64,000 nucleotides of DNA from Calditrichaceae bacterium (GCA_050173015.1 JBFXLE010000005.1:160001-224000); one strand, 5' to 3'. Shown: positions 11,412 to 22,533, counted from the stretch's first letter. The notes: generated by a model from the sequence alone, not told the origin. Translations and numbers: made by a program.

Positions 11412-12383
11412 ATGCGTAAAATCAAACGTAAATACTTCGAAAGACAAAAAGGAGTTCCATTGTTTGCATTAGAAACACAAGGTCTGACAAAATACTATTC
11501 CGGCGGAAAAGTAAAAGCGCTGGAAGAATTTTCCCTGCAGGTGGAAAAAGGTAAAATATTCAGTTTACTGGGACCCAACGGGGCCGGTAAAACCACATTG
11601 ATCAAACTACTGCTTGGAATCGCATTCCCAACCCGCGGGACCGCGCAAATACTCGGCAAATCAATCAGAAATCACGAGATTCACAATGATATAGGTTATC
11701 TGGCGGAAAACCATCATTTCCCGAATTTTCTCTCCGCAAATCAGATTTTATATTATTATGGTAAAATGTCGGGCGTGCCGGCTGCCGATTCGAAAAACCG
11801 AATTCCGGAATTACTGGAAATTGTAAAGCTTTCAGAATGGGGAAACACTAAAATTAAAAATTTTTCAAAGGGAATGCTGCAACGTCTCGGTATCGCGCAG
11901 GCGTTGATCAATGATCCGCAGATCCTGTTTCTTGATGAACCAACCGACGGTATTGATCCGGTTGGGCGCAGAGAAGTGCGTGATTTGCTTTCTTCGCTGA
12001 GAAACGAGGGTAAAACAATCTTTCTTAATTCGCACCTGCTCTCCGAGGTTGAACGGGTTTCCGACGAGATCGCCATCCTGAAAAATGGGCGGCTGCTCCA
12101 AAAGGGACGGGTTCAGGATTTTATCAACATCAAAGAACAATATCAAATAAAACTCACAGACGGCGCGGAACGAATTGATTCCGTCTGCGGGCGTTTAAAC
12201 ATCTCCTTAAGCTCCCAAAACGGTTATCATATTGTCCATGTGGTTGATGATATACAGCTGAACAATCTGCTGGATCAATTGCGAAAAGGCGATAATCTGA
12301 TAAAGGAAGTGATACCAAGAAAAATATCGCTTGAAGAGTTCTTTATAGATGTGGTTGAAGATAAACCGGAGACGAGTAAATGA
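11412..12383 (+). CDS. ABC-2 type transporter ATP-binding protein
   Basis: GPNGAGKT, FSKGM, LFLDEPT, SH; start may be TTG 11460 after AAGGAG. Confidence 0.95.
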   Translation: MRKIKRKYFERQKGVPLFALETQGLTKYYSGGKVKALEEFSLQVEKGKIFSLLGPNGAGKTTLIKLLLGIAFPTRGTAQILGKSIRNHEIHNDIGYLAENHHFPNFLSANQILYYYGKMSGVPAADSKNRIPELLEIVKLSEWGNTKIKNFSKGMLQRLGIAQALINDPQILFLDEPTDGIDPVGRREVRDLLSSLRNEGKTIFLNSHLLSEVERVSDEIAILKNGRLLQKGRVQDFINIKEQYQIKLTDGAERIDSVCGRLNISLSSQNGYHIVHVVDDIQLNNLLDQLRKGDNLIKEVIPRKISLEEFFIDVVEDKPETSK

Positions 12384-13201
12384 AGACATTGGCGATCATT
12401 CAACTGACATTCAGGGAATCTCTTGCAAAAAAAACATTCATTGCATTCTTTGGTATATCGACACTCGTTTGTTTGCTGTTTATTTTCGCGCTCAATCTCG
12501 ATATTGTTGACGGAGCACAGTCGTATATTTCTCTATTCGGGAAAGAAATTGAACAAGCCGTTCCTGTTCAGAAGATTATTCTGGGAATTGAGGGCGGCCT
12601 TGCGGTATTGCTATTTACGGGGGGATTGTTTTTATCCCTTTTCGCCACAAGCAATCTGATTCCTTCGATGCTCGAGCCGGGCAGTATTGACTTATTAATT
12701 TCCAAACCCGTTAGCCGGAGCAATATTCTTGCGGGCCGGTTTGCCGGAGGCGTGGCGATCGTGGCATTTAATGTGTTTTATCTTGTCGTATTCTCATGGT
12801 TAATTCTTTCGATCAAAACATCCGTTTGGAATTGGGGATTCTTGTTGGCCGGTGTAATGATCGTTATTACTTTCATCATTTTATTTACGCTTATGACTTT
12901 TCTCGGAATAGTGACGCGAAGCGGTCCGTTCTCATTAATGATTACTTATGCGATTCTTTTCTTCAGTCCCTTGTTATTACAACGGGATCAAATATACGCG
13001 TTATTATCGAATAAGATATATGGCTATATCCTTGACGGGTTGTATCATTTCTTCCCAAAAGCCGCGGAGCTTGGTGAAATTACGGAACGGCTGGTAAGAG
13101 GTGTCGATGTTGCGAGCTGGGTGCCTCTGTGGACGTCGCTTTTGTTTGGAGCTTTTATGATGATCACAACCGCAATCATTTTTGAAAAGAAAAATTTTTA
13201 G
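12380..13201 (+). CDS. ABC-2 type transporter permease
   Basis: Multiple TM helices; GSIDLLISKPVSR; overlaps the ATPase stop. Confidence 0.9.
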   Translation: MKTLAIIQLTFRESLAKKTFIAFFGISTLVCLLFIFALNLDIVDGAQSYISLFGKEIEQAVPVQKIILGIEGGLAVLLFTGGLFLSLFATSNLIPSMLEPGSIDLLISKPVSRSNILAGRFAGGVAIVAFNVFYLVVFSWLILSIKTSVWNWGFLLAGVMIVITFIILFTLMTFLGIVTRSGPFSLMITYAILFFSPLLLQRDQIYALLSNKIYGYILDGLYHFFPKAAELGEITERLVRGVDVASWVPLWTSLLFGAFMMITTAIIFEKKNF

Positions 13202-13210
13202 GAGGTTGTA

Positions 13211-14203
13211 ATGAAAAAGCGACTATTGTTAATATTTATCCTCGCGGGTATAGCGTTTTCCGTGTGGAGCTGCGATGTGGAAAGATCGGAACCGATCAAC
13301 TCGAAAATGGCTGAACAACTGGCTATGCTGCCTCAAAATGCTGATGGTCTTATGTATATCAATGCTGAAAAGATTATTAAAAGTAAATTTTTTAATTTAA
13401 TGATGGATAGCGCGGGATATTGCCTGGAAGACAACAAGGACTTCAAGGAAATGGAGGATCTGACAGGATTTAATATAAGAACAGACGCCAGGGAAGCATA
13501 TTTTACGTATTCAGCCACAAAGGACACGCTGGGCGATAAATTTCTTGCAGTGGTTACCGGTCGCTATAATGAATCCAAGATAATGGAGTTTATCCATCAA
13601 AATAAGAATGGGGCAGATATTCTCTACGAAGAGTTCGAAGGAATAAAAATATATTATTTCTCCGGCAAAGATATCCAATTCTGCTTTCCGGATCAGGAGA
13701 CATTTGTTTTCGGGCATAAAAAAACAATCAGATCGTGGATAGAAAAATTAAAAGCCGGCGCGTATAAAAAACCGGGTGGCAAATGGTTTGATGTGGTTAA
13801 AGACATAAAATATAAAAACGGCATATATTTTACAATGGATCCAAAGGGAGTGGTCGATCAAATGATGTCGGAAATGAAACGATTTGATGATTCACAAAAG
13901 TTTGAGGCGTTTAAGTCCGTGGAAAATATAAGTTTCTCAATGGATATGGATGATAAACTCAGATTTGACGGGTGGGGAAACTTCGGAAATAAGGAAACTG
14001 CCGAATTGTTTTTTGATTCGGCAAAAGGATTACTTGCAACCCTAAAATTATCGGTTAGCGGTGACCGTGACGCCGTAGATGTGGTTAATAAAGTGAAGAT
14101 CGCGCAGAAAAAAGAAAGTGTTCAGGTGAAGTTTGAAATCACGGGAGAAGACGCGCGAAAGCTGATTTCCCGCGGCCAATTCCCAAAATTCGCCATAAAG
14201 TAA
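13211..14203 (+). CDS. hypothetical lipoprotein
   Basis: Lipobox VWSC; GGAGG RBS; third gene of the ABC operon. Confidence 0.75.
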   Translation: MKKRLLLIFILAGIAFSVWSCDVERSEPINSKMAEQLAMLPQNADGLMYINAEKIIKSKFFNLMMDSAGYCLEDNKDFKEMEDLTGFNIRTDAREAYFTYSATKDTLGDKFLAVVTGRYNESKIMEFIHQNKNGADILYEEFEGIKIYYFSGKDIQFCFPDQETFVFGHKKTIRSWIEKLKAGAYKKPGGKWFDVVKDIKYKNGIYFTMDPKGVVDQMMSEMKRFDDSQKFEAFKSVENISFSMDMDDKLRFDGWGNFGNKETAELFFDSAKGLLATLKLSVSGDRDAVDVVNKVKIAQKKESVQVKFEITGEDARKLISRGQFPKFAIK

Positions 14204-14212
14204 ACTCCAATA

Positions 14213-14254
14213 CAATCCCGGCGATTTTTTCATAATTCCGGGATTGTTTTTTTT
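14213..14254 (+). terminator. probable intrinsic terminator
   Basis: CAATCCCGG...CCGGGATTG followed by a T-run. Confidence 0.6.
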
Positions 14255-14424
14255 ATCACCTATCCCAATAGCCATTTTTTTATCACTTCCACAGTTTTAC
14301 ACAAAAAATTCATAAAACTATAAAGTTGTCGAAGATCATAGATATTTCGATCCTGCCCGGGTATTTTAATCAAAGGTAAGGTTTGGTTTGCATATTTTTC
14401 GGTTTCATTTATGGAGGATTTATC

Positions 14425-15840
14425 ATGAGAACAAGGCTAATCATATTGTTATCGGCCGGAATTTTTATTTTTGGATGTGAGAATGACTCAACTTCTCCAA
14501 AGGCAACTCTGGAGATTGATGCTGTTGTCGAACAGTCCGCGTCGGTGGGTTGGGAAGTAAACAGAATGGCGGGCAGCAGTAATGAAATTGCATCTCTGAC
14601 CGGTGAAAGTGATTATGCCGGTGATACGGAGATTGGAAATTTCAACAGCGCGGCAAAGATGAAGACTCAGGCTGTAAATATGAAAATTGAAGCAGCGGAA
14701 TATCTCCCCAACCGGATGAGTCTGAGTAAGACCACCGGCGATTCTCTATACTATTTCGAGGAATCAATCAATGAAATGACCGGCTTTGGGGTGCGTAAGG
14801 CTCTTTATTATAATTCTGAAACGGGTATCGCAAGATTTTATGAAACGATTTTTCAATTTCCAAACTGGATGAATCTGGAGTATGATTCAAGTGAAATCCA
14901 AATAAACACCAATTATACATTGGAAGATGATTCGGATGATTATCTCGAGAGTCTATATAAAATTCAAAATTTCAAAGATACCTTCTTTATAGATTATATT
15001 GAATCCGCATTGACGGTTACCGACCACGAGGGGAATGACATCAAGGCATTTACGGCGTCTATGGATGCCTATTATAATGAAGGGATGAATCTTTCTCATC
15101 TTCGCCAGTCAATGGTAATAAATATTGATCAATCGGGCACTTTGCGGGAAGATTTTGAATTTCGCGATGGTAAAACCGCCTATAACAGCGTCACTTTTTA
15201 CGCAAATCATACCGGTGAATTTTCAAAATTGCTGAGAAACGGGACATTGATTTCCGGAACGTTTGACAGTGTGGAAGATGACCTTAGCGGGTTCTATAGT
15301 GAAATGATCAATTTTCCCGAAGGTTCATATATTGATCAAATTAATCGCTCAGCGGGGATAGAAATCACCTTACCTGATTCCATTCTGAATATCACGCTGA
15401 GGGAAGCGATCTATTTTGAATCCGGCAACATCGACTCATCGAGCGCGGATATAACAGTCCAAAATATCGACGGAGTTAAAATCACGGTCATAGATCTAAC
15501 AAAATCCAATTCTGCTAACGGCACGATCACCATCGTGGAGCAAGATACGGAAAGCTCACTCAGCGGAAACTGGACAACCAGGGATAATTATTATATTGTC
15601 TTTGAAGCCGAATCATATTTTGACGGCAGTTCTCATCTATACTATGAAGTATATCTAAATGAGGAAGCTTACAATAACGGTGATACGGCGCTTATTACCG
15701 GAGATTATAATTTCTCACCGGATCAAACCGGTCAGGGAACGCTCACCTATGGCGGGAAAACATACCTGATATCATTTAGCGACGCCGCCCGGGCAGAGAT
15801 TAGTTCCGGCGGTGAATCGGCGAGTATTAGTTTATTCTAA
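14425..15840 (+). CDS. hypothetical acidic beta-rich lipoprotein
   Basis: GGAGG RBS before ATG 14425; lipobox IFGC; long ORF. Confidence 0.75.
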   Translation: MRTRLIILLSAGIFIFGCENDSTSPKATLEIDAVVEQSASVGWEVNRMAGSSNEIASLTGESDYAGDTEIGNFNSAAKMKTQAVNMKIEAAEYLPNRMSLSKTTGDSLYYFEESINEMTGFGVRKALYYNSETGIARFYETIFQFPNWMNLEYDSSEIQINTNYTLEDDSDDYLESLYKIQNFKDTFFIDYIESALTVTDHEGNDIKAFTASMDAYYNEGMNLSHLRQSMVINIDQSGTLREDFEFRDGKTAYNSVTFYANHTGEFSKLLRNGTLISGTFDSVEDDLSGFYSEMINFPEGSYIDQINRSAGIEITLPDSILNITLREAIYFESGNIDSSSADITVQNIDGVKITVIDLTKSNSANGTITIVEQDTESSLSGNWTTRDNYYIVFEAESYFDGSSHLYYEVYLNEEAYNNGDTALITGDYNFSPDQTGQGTLTYGGKTYLISFSDAARAEISSGGESASISLF

Positions 15841-15853
15841 TAAAAAAAACATG

Positions 15854-15881
15854 GGCGGATGCAATAGTATCCGCCTTTTTT
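15854..15881 (+). terminator. intrinsic terminator
   Basis: GGCGGAT..ATCCGCC followed by TTTTTT. Confidence 0.8.
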
Positions 15882-16100
15882 GTGTTAGCTATAATCTTAA
15901 ATTCTATTTGGCAAAGAAACATCATACAGTAATAATATTTTTCATATAAAACAAAGCCGGGATGAATGCGTATATTATTCAGGAGCTGTAATTGAAATAA
16001 TGATCGAATAATATAAAAATATATATTTGTCCAAAGCAGGATAACTCATCATCCAGACGCGGTTTTTAGTTCTCAGTTTAATAAATTCTGGAGTAACCGG

Positions 16101-17171
16101 ATGAAGTGGATGCTAAGAAACATTGTTATTTTTTTGATGTTGGCGACTACCATTAGCTGTGTCAATCGGATTCACCGATACGAGGGTAATCAGATTGTTG
16201 ACGGCAAGTACGATTCAGAGTATCCCACACGTCCGGTTTCTGAACATCTGGAAAAACTCACAAAAAGCGTAAAATTAATAAGTATTTTTTCAATTTATGG
16301 AAGTTATGATATTTATGGTGACAGAAATTTAAGAAAAGAAGGACTGTCACACGCGGATATAAAAACAAACGCGACCTATCATTACATTTTTGAAAAACCG
16401 GCGACCGGAACGGCGACAATAATTTACGCGGATGATAATAAGATAGCCATGCTCACCTGCGCCCATGTGGTAAATTTTCCGGATACGGTATTCAGTTATT
16501 TTAAAGATAAATTTGGTAAAGACACGCCATATATTCGAAATGTATCGATCAAAGAAAGACAAAATATTCATATTCATGATGTGCCGGCATATAAGAATTT
16601 TGAAATAATAGCAATTGACTCAGAAGAAGATATCGCGTTAATCGGTTTTACTCTTGAATATAACCGTCCCGCTGAACTCATACCGGTCTTAAATTCTCCC
16701 ACCGGACGCGCGGAGGAGCTTGACTGGGGTACAAGGGTATATTTGATCGGATATCCGAGGGGTAAGAAAATCGTTTCAAACAATATGGTTAGCAGTCCGA
16801 ACCGGGATAAGAAACAAGGATTTATAATAGATTCAGTTTCTCCAAGGGGAATCAGCGGGGGACTGATCTTTGCGGTTCGGGACGGGGTACCGAATTTTGA
16901 AGTAGTGGGGATGGCCAGCGCTGTCGCTGCAGAATCAATGTACTACTTGAGCCCGGAAAAAAACTTTAAAATGTCTGATTATGATGCCCTTCACACTTAT
17001 GACGGTGATGCTTTTGTCCAAACCTATGATTCGGTGTTTTATGGTATCACGTATGCTCTTTCAATTGAATCAGTTTTAAAATTCATCAAGGAAAATGAAC
17101 CGGCGATCCGATCAAAAGGTTACAATCCGGACCGTTTTTTTGGCGGGAATATCAACTTTGAAAGAAATTAA
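16101..17171 (+). CDS. lipoprotein with trypsin-like serine protease domain
   Basis: Lipobox TISC; catalytic triad motifs LTCAHV, EDIALI, RGISGG. Confidence 0.8.
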   Translation: MKWMLRNIVIFLMLATTISCVNRIHRYEGNQIVDGKYDSEYPTRPVSEHLEKLTKSVKLISIFSIYGSYDIYGDRNLRKEGLSHADIKTNATYHYIFEKPATGTATIIYADDNKIAMLTCAHVVNFPDTVFSYFKDKFGKDTPYIRNVSIKERQNIHIHDVPAYKNFEIIAIDSEEDIALIGFTLEYNRPAELIPVLNSPTGRAEELDWGTRVYLIGYPRGKKIVSNNMVSSPNRDKKQGFIIDSVSPRGISGGLIFAVRDGVPNFEVVGMASAVAAESMYYLSPEKNFKMSDYDALHTYDGDAFVQTYDSVFYGITYALSIESVLKFIKENEPAIRSKGYNPDRFFGGNINFERN

Positions 17172-17287
17172 TCATTTCTTTAGAGTGCATGGAGAATTAA
17201 GGTCCGGCGGGGCAAACTTGAAAGTTTGAACTTATAAAATTATATTTAGCCTATGTAAGGCTTAAATAATTTTGCAGGATAATTTAA

Positions 17288-17947
17288 TTGAGAATCGTAG
17301 CATTCAGCGACACTCATGGTTACCATGATCAAATCAAAATTCCCGACGGAGATATATTAATTTTTGCGGGAGATATGTGCACAAAAAGATCTTTGGAAAG
17401 CATTGAAAAGTTTAATCATTTTTTGGGAAGTTTGCCGCATACTCATAAGATTGTAATTGCCGGAAATCATGATTTCCCATTTGAACGCGAACCCGTTGAA
17501 GCAAGAAAACTTATAACAAACGCCATTTATCTTCAGGATCAATCAACTGTAATAGAAGGAATTCATTTTTACGGATCGCCCTGGCAACCCTGGTTTTTTG
17601 ACTGGGCGTTTAATTTGAAAAGAGGGCAGGCGTTAAAAGAAAAATGGGATCTTATCTCTTCCGACACGGATATTCTGATTACACACAGTCCTCCTTTCGG
17701 AGTTCTTGATCTGGTAGGCCATAAACATGTCGGATGCGAAGAACTGACCGCCGCTCTGATGAGAATTAAACCCAAATATCATATTTTCGGCCATATCCAT
17801 GAAGGTTATGGCACAAAAGAAATGAATGGAACAACATTTATCAATGCCGCCATATGCAACGGCCGTTTTGCTCCTGAGAATAAGCCGATGATTATTGACT
17901 ATAAACCGTCACATATCACCCGCCCGGATGCCGCCGCGTCTATCTGA
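17288..17947 (+). CDS. metallophosphoesterase (MPPED1/2-like)
   Basis: SDTH, AGD, GNHD, THSPP, FGHIH. Confidence 0.92.
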   Translation: MRIVAFSDTHGYHDQIKIPDGDILIFAGDMCTKRSLESIEKFNHFLGSLPHTHKIVIAGNHDFPFEREPVEARKLITNAIYLQDQSTVIEGIHFYGSPWQPWFFDWAFNLKRGQALKEKWDLISSDTDILITHSPPFGVLDLVGHKHVGCEELTAALMRIKPKYHIFGHIHEGYGTKEMNGTTFINAAICNGRFAPENKPMIIDYKPSHITRPDAAASI

Positions 17948-17955
17948 ATAAACGT

Positions 17956-18408
17956 TTAATCAGCACCTTCGAATAAGGCTCTTAAATTAAGCGAGGGCGC
18001 TTTTTTGTTGGCCGCGAGAGAAACATAAGTCTGGGCAAAATGTTCTTTTCCGGCGCCAAGCACGGTGCTGATCGTCCCAAGAGCCAATGCAAGTTCGTTT
18101 GGCGGGAAGCGCTTTACAATCTCATTCCAGATAATTTCTTCTAGTATATTAAACGCCGAGTGCACTTCATAAAGATCAAATCCTTCGGCATGCCGTTCAT
18201 TTGCTATTTTTTCTGTATAGCTAAGCATGGGAATGATCTGTTTTGATGAAACACATTCACTCATCACCGAGTAAAGCGATTCAATCCGCATGTGTGTTGT
18301 TTCCGCCGGGCTTTTCTCATAGTGCTTCAGACGGACACTTTTCAACATCTTAACGGCAGATTCAAGAAGACTCTGTTTTTCTGATTTTAGTACTGTATTT
18401 AAATCCAT
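17956..18408 (-). CDS. hypothetical helical protein, resembling RsbRD N-terminal/globin-like sensor domain
   Basis: IANERHAEGFDLYEVHSAFNILEEIIW; all-helical 150 aa. Confidence 0.5.
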   Translation of the reverse strand: MDLNTVLKSEKQSLLESAVKMLKSVRLKHYEKSPAETTHMRIESLYSVMSECVSSKQIIPMLSYTEKIANERHAEGFDLYEVHSAFNILEEIIWNEIVKRFPPNELALALGTISTVLGAGKEHFAQTYVSLAANKKAPSLNLRALFEGAD

Positions 18409-18517
18409 AATGATCCTTTTTAATGTGTGATTAAAGTAAGAATAATTTCACAAATTCAGACATCAAATGGAAGTAATTATTTTTTTTTTGGATATGAAAA
18501 GGGGTGAGAATTTACGA

Positions 18518-19153
18518 TCAGAAACTACCTTTGTGGCCATTGCTTAAATAATAATGCCAGATCATTCTGGCTGCCACGGCCCTCCATGGACGCCAGGGTT
18601 GAGCAAGGGTGGTCATTTCATCCCGTGATGGTTTTTTAGAAAAATTTTTTAATTTTTTCAGAGCGATTTGCAGCGCTAAATCTCCGTCAGGCCAAATATC
18701 CGGACGCCTTAAAGCCATTAAAAGATAGATATCTACAGTCCAAGGACCAATTCCTTTTAGTTTGAGTAATTCTATCCTCGCGGGTTCATTTTCGAGGGTG
18801 TTTATATCTTCAAGGCTGATGTTCCCGGCCAAAATTGAATCAGCTAAATTCCTGCAATACAGAGTCTTTTGGCGGCTGAATCCAATGGCTTTTAGTTCCG
18901 TGTCATTTAATGTGATGAAATTCTCGGGTGTAATTGATTCTATCGCTTCATGCAACTTATCGAAGGCCGCTTTGGCGGAAGCCAGTGACACCTGCTGTTC
19001 CAATATGATATGAACCAGGGTTGAAAAACCGGGATCTCTGGTCCACATCGGCGGGCGGCCGAACTGAAGATAAATTCTGTTTAGATCCGGATCTGCTTTA
19101 CATAGAAAGCTTAATCCTTCATCGAAAGTTTGTGTGTTTAGTGAATTGATCAT
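18518..19153 (-). CDS. alkA: DNA-3-methyladenine glycosylase II family (HhH-GPD)
   Basis: ILEQQVS, LKGIGPWTVD (HhH), WPDGD, WRPWR. Confidence 0.9.
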   Translation of the reverse strand: MINSLNTQTFDEGLSFLCKADPDLNRIYLQFGRPPMWTRDPGFSTLVHIILEQQVSLASAKAAFDKLHEAIESITPENFITLNDTELKAIGFSRQKTLYCRNLADSILAGNISLEDINTLENEPARIELLKLKGIGPWTVDIYLLMALRRPDIWPDGDLALQIALKKLKNFSKKPSRDEMTTLAQPWRPWRAVAARMIWHYYLSNGHKGSF

Positions 19154-19203
19154 TTATTTTCTTTTTGAAAAACCGAAATTCATAGCTGAGCGCAATATTC
19201 TGA

Positions 19204-20049
19204 TCAGACAGAAGTCGTCATATCTGAACGCCTGGCCGCTTCCCAGCCCAATATAGCTTTTTTACGGGCGGCGCCCCAATGATAATTACCAATCCGTCCC
19301 ATTTTTTGTATAACCCGGTGGCATGGGATGAGGTAGCTGACCGGATTTGATCCGACCGCGTTGCCAACCGCCCGGCTGGATGAAGGGTGCCCGATTTTGC
19401 GGGCTATATCATCATAGGAAGCCAGGCCGCCATCCGGAATTTTCAAAAGAGCCTCCCAGACTTTTATCTGAAAATTTGTTCCTTTCACATATAGTTTCAG
19501 CGGAACCGGATCAGCCTTGTTTACAAATATTTTATTAAAATAACTGGAAGTTATTTCCGGGTTTTCAATAATCACGGCATTGGGCCAGTTTTTTCTTAAG
19601 GTCGTTAATCCCTCTTCCTTGCCGTACTCATCATGAAAAGATAAACCGCAGATACCTCTGCCGGTTACGGCAATCAGGCAGCAGCCAAACGGACTTTCAT
19701 GAAAACCATAATTAATCTTAAGTCCGGATCCTTTAATCTTATATTCGCCGGGTGTGACGGCGTCAATAGTTATAAACAGGTCGTGCAGCCGGCCCGGGCC
19801 GGACAGTCCGGAGTCATAGGCGGCATCCAGAACACTGCGTGATTCAGCAAGCGCTTTTCTGGCGTGATCTATAGTCAGGAATTGTAAAAAACGTTTGGGA
19901 CTAATCCCTACCCATTGCTTAAATACTTTTTGCAGGTGGAATGAACTTATTCCAAGACCTGCTGACAATTCTTCCAACCCGGGCTGTTCACGAAAATGAT
20001 CATCCAGATACAGGATGGTTTTTTCTATCAAATCATATTGAGATAACAC
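19204..20049 (-). CDS. ada: bifunctional AraC-HTH / methylated-DNA-protein-cysteine methyltransferase
   Basis: GISPKRF HTH region; GTNFQIKVW; IPCHRV active site. Confidence 0.88.
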   Translation of the reverse strand: MLSQYDLIEKTILYLDDHFREQPGLEELSAGLGISSFHLQKVFKQWVGISPKRFLQFLTIDHARKALAESRSVLDAAYDSGLSGPGRLHDLFITIDAVTPGEYKIKGSGLKINYGFHESPFGCCLIAVTGRGICGLSFHDEYGKEEGLTTLRKNWPNAVIIENPEITSSYFNKIFVNKADPVPLKLYVKGTNFQIKVWEALLKIPDGGLASYDDIARKIGHPSSSRAVGNAVGSNPVSYLIPCHRVIQKMGRIGNYHWGAARKKAILGWEAARRSDMTTSV

Positions 20050-20158
20050 AATTTTTTCTCCACGTTCTTTAACATGGTGAAAAATAACAAATCTGAATAT
20101 TCAAAATCCACCCGATTCTTGTGTATTGTAAAAAAAGCAGATGAGACGGTTGCAATGA

Positions 20159-20944
20159 TTAATCGTCATTACGTTGCACTCTGCCGGCAACATTTGTGAT
20201 ATCGAGTCCCCCGCTGCCGGAATCATCAATGATCACATCTTTTCCCACATCATCAATAATCACAGAACCCGAACCGTCATCAATCCTGACGTTGCCGCCT
20301 ATCTGACTGATATACATATTGCCGCTTCCGTCATCCAGGGTAACGTTTCCCCGGACGTTCTTTATTTTAACATGACCCGAACCGTCGTCAATATCGGCGT
20401 TTCCGGAAACATCATCAATCTCCAGATCTCCTGACCCGTCATCTATAAGCAAATTTCCGCCAACACCGCGTACCGTCAAATCACCGGAGCCGTCATCGAT
20501 CTCAACATCGGAGTTCATGTCGTTGATTTCAATGTACCCCGAACCGTCATCGACATATAACCTTAATGACGCGGGCGTTTTAACCGTCAGATTGACTTGA
20601 ATATCGGGATTTTTATCAAGAATGGTAGAGAAAAATGAGTGACCGTCTGAATTAATCTCACTCCGGAGAACCGCCTGACGGCCTTCCTTCACCAGCTCCA
20701 GCTTGAGATACTTTTCAAGATACTGCTTTATTTCTTTTCCGTCGCCATTCATGCTGACAATCTCGGCGTTTACCTGAATTTCTTTCAGATCTTTATCACC
20801 CTGAACTTTTAGAAATCCGGCGCCGCAGTAGATTGCTAATGATTCTAATCCATTGGCGGTTAAACTGAGTTTACGAGTGCCGGAATTATCAACAGCGAAT
20901 ACGGGTAGGGTAATCAAAATAAGAAGCCATATCATCGATTTCAT
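20159..20944 (-). CDS. DUF4097-like beta-strand repeat protein, secreted
   Basis: Repeated DDGSG motif with about 19-aa period; signal peptide from ATG 20944 (AAAGGAG RBS). Confidence 0.8.
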   Translation of the reverse strand: MKSMIWLLILITLPVFAVDNSGTRKLSLTANGLESLAIYCGAGFLKVQGDKDLKEIQVNAEIVSMNGDGKEIKQYLEKYLKLELVKEGRQAVLRSEINSDGHSFFSTILDKNPDIQVNLTVKTPASLRLYVDDGSGYIEINDMNSDVEIDDGSGDLTVRGVGGNLLIDDGSGDLEIDDVSGNADIDDGSGHVKIKNVRGNVTLDDGSGNMYISQIGGNVRIDDGSGSVIIDDVGKDVIIDDSGSGGLDITNVAGRVQRNDD

Positions 20945-21063
20945 AATATCTCCTTTCAATTCATACAGTCTGCGGATAAGAAATTTGGAGTACATATTAA
21001 AAGAGTACGGGATAAATCGGAAAATGTTTGCTTCCATAAATAATATTTCCGGGATTCAGAATT

Positions 21064-22533
21064 CTATTTTAACAGTAGCATACGCCGGGTGGTTGTCATT
21101 GCTTTATCTGATCGAAGACGAACAAAATAGACACCGGATGGCACCAATTGCCCATTTTCATTTTTCCCGTTCCAGTAAACGGTATATCTGCCGGCGCTGA
21201 ATGTATTTCTGACCATATTTTTTACTAATTGTCCCCCAATACTGTATATATTCATTTCAAGTTCTGAGAGTCTATTTACGGTAAACGGAATAATGGTGCC
21301 CGGATTAAATGGATTAGGATAGTTGGGTTCAAGAATAAATATAGCCGGTTGTAAAACAGATGGATCATCAATGGATGTGGTTATCGTAGGTTTAAAACGG
21401 TAGATTTTCCCGTCAAACGCGCAAATATACAATTCATTATCCTGATCGATGCCAAAAGAAGAAATATTTACTGATGTGTCGATCAAAAGTGAATTTACAG
21501 CCGGATTCAGGCCGTCATAAAGGAGAGACCAGATTCGGCCGCTTACATAATCAGCATAAATGTATTTCCCCTGCAGTTCCGGGACCGTTTTTCCCCGGTA
21601 AACATAACCCCCCGAAACCGATGCTCCAGAACTTCGCCCATACTCCCATATCGGAAAAGTAAGTCCGGTTGTATCGCACCCGCTGGAAGGGTTATAACAG
21701 TGTGAAGCCTCCATGATCCGCCAGCCATAGTTTTTGCCTTTCGCAATAATATCGATTTCTTCGTAGGCGTTTTGTCCCACATCAGCGGCCCACAACAAAC
21801 CGGTGACAGAATCAAAACTGAATCGCCATGGATTTCTCAACCCAAAAGCGTATATCTCTTCTTTGTATCCTGATTGATTATTGTTAAAAGGATTGTCGGC
21901 GGGGATAGCATAGTTCATTGTATCGGAAACCTGATTTACATCAATCCTTAATATAGAACCGAGAAGAGTTGTTAAGTCCTGGCCGTTTCCGTTTGTTCCA
22001 TGCTGATCGCCTGATCCTCCGCCATCTCCCATAGCAATGTACAGATAACCATCCGGTCCAAAGGCAATCTGCCCGCCGTTGTGATTGCTTTCCGGCTGCG
22101 GGATCTCAAGAATGATCAATTCGCTGTTTTTTGCGGCGGAATCAGGATTTGTATCCGACACCTTAAACCTTGAAATCACCGTTCTTCTGGGAGAAGAAGC
22201 GGTATAATCCACAAAAAAATAACCGTTGTTTTTATAATCCGGATGAAAGGCTAATCCAAGCAATCCTTCCTCATTACCGGAGTCGTTGACATCGTCTTTG
22301 AGATTGATAAATTCACTTTTCCGGGTAACCGTGGAATCATTATCAAAGACATAAATAATTCCCTGCTGTTCAACCACAAAGATCCGGTTTGCGTCATCAT
22401 CCGCGGATTGCAGATCGACAGGGCGTATAAATGAAAGGTTGGGAAAAGCCTCAATCAGCTCAGACTGGGCGTAAACAGAGACCGTATTCAGAATAAAACA
22501 AATTATTAAAAGCATTAATCTAAAAAAATTCAT
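21064..22533 (-). CDS. PQQ-dependent sugar dehydrogenase (GSDH) with C-terminal sorting/FlgD-Ig domain
   Basis: GLLGLAFHP, NHNGG, GLRNPWRFSFD, DVGQ; NYPNPFNP C-terminal domain. Confidence 0.9.
   Translation of the reverse strand: MNFFRLMLLIICFILNTVSVYAQSELIEAFPNLSFIRPVDLQSADDDANRIFVVEQQGIIYVFDNDSTVTRKSEFINLKDDVNDSGNEEGLLGLAFHPDYKNNGYFFVDYTASSPRRTVISRFKVSDTNPDSAAKNSELIILEIPQPESNHNGGQIAFGPDGYLYIAMGDGGGSGDQHGTNGNGQDLTTLLGSILRIDVNQVSDTMNYAIPADNPFNNNQSGYKEEIYAFGLRNPWRFSFDSVTGLLWAADVGQNAYEEIDIIAKGKNYGWRIMEASHCYNPSSGCDTTGLTFPIWEYGRSSGASVSGGYVYRGKTVPELQGKYIYADYVSGRIWSLLYDGLNPAVNSLLIDTSVNISSFGIDQDNELYICAFDGKIYRFKPTITTSIDDPSVLQPAIFILEPNYPNPFNPGTIIPFTVNRLSELEMNIYSIGGQLVKNMVRNTFSAGRYTVYWNGKNENGQLVPSGVYFVRLRSDKAMTTTRRMLLLK

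Noticed and set aside
20159-20560. Novel DNA repeat (CCGTCATC recurrences)
   Set aside because: Explained by DDGSG protein repeats of a DUF4097-like protein
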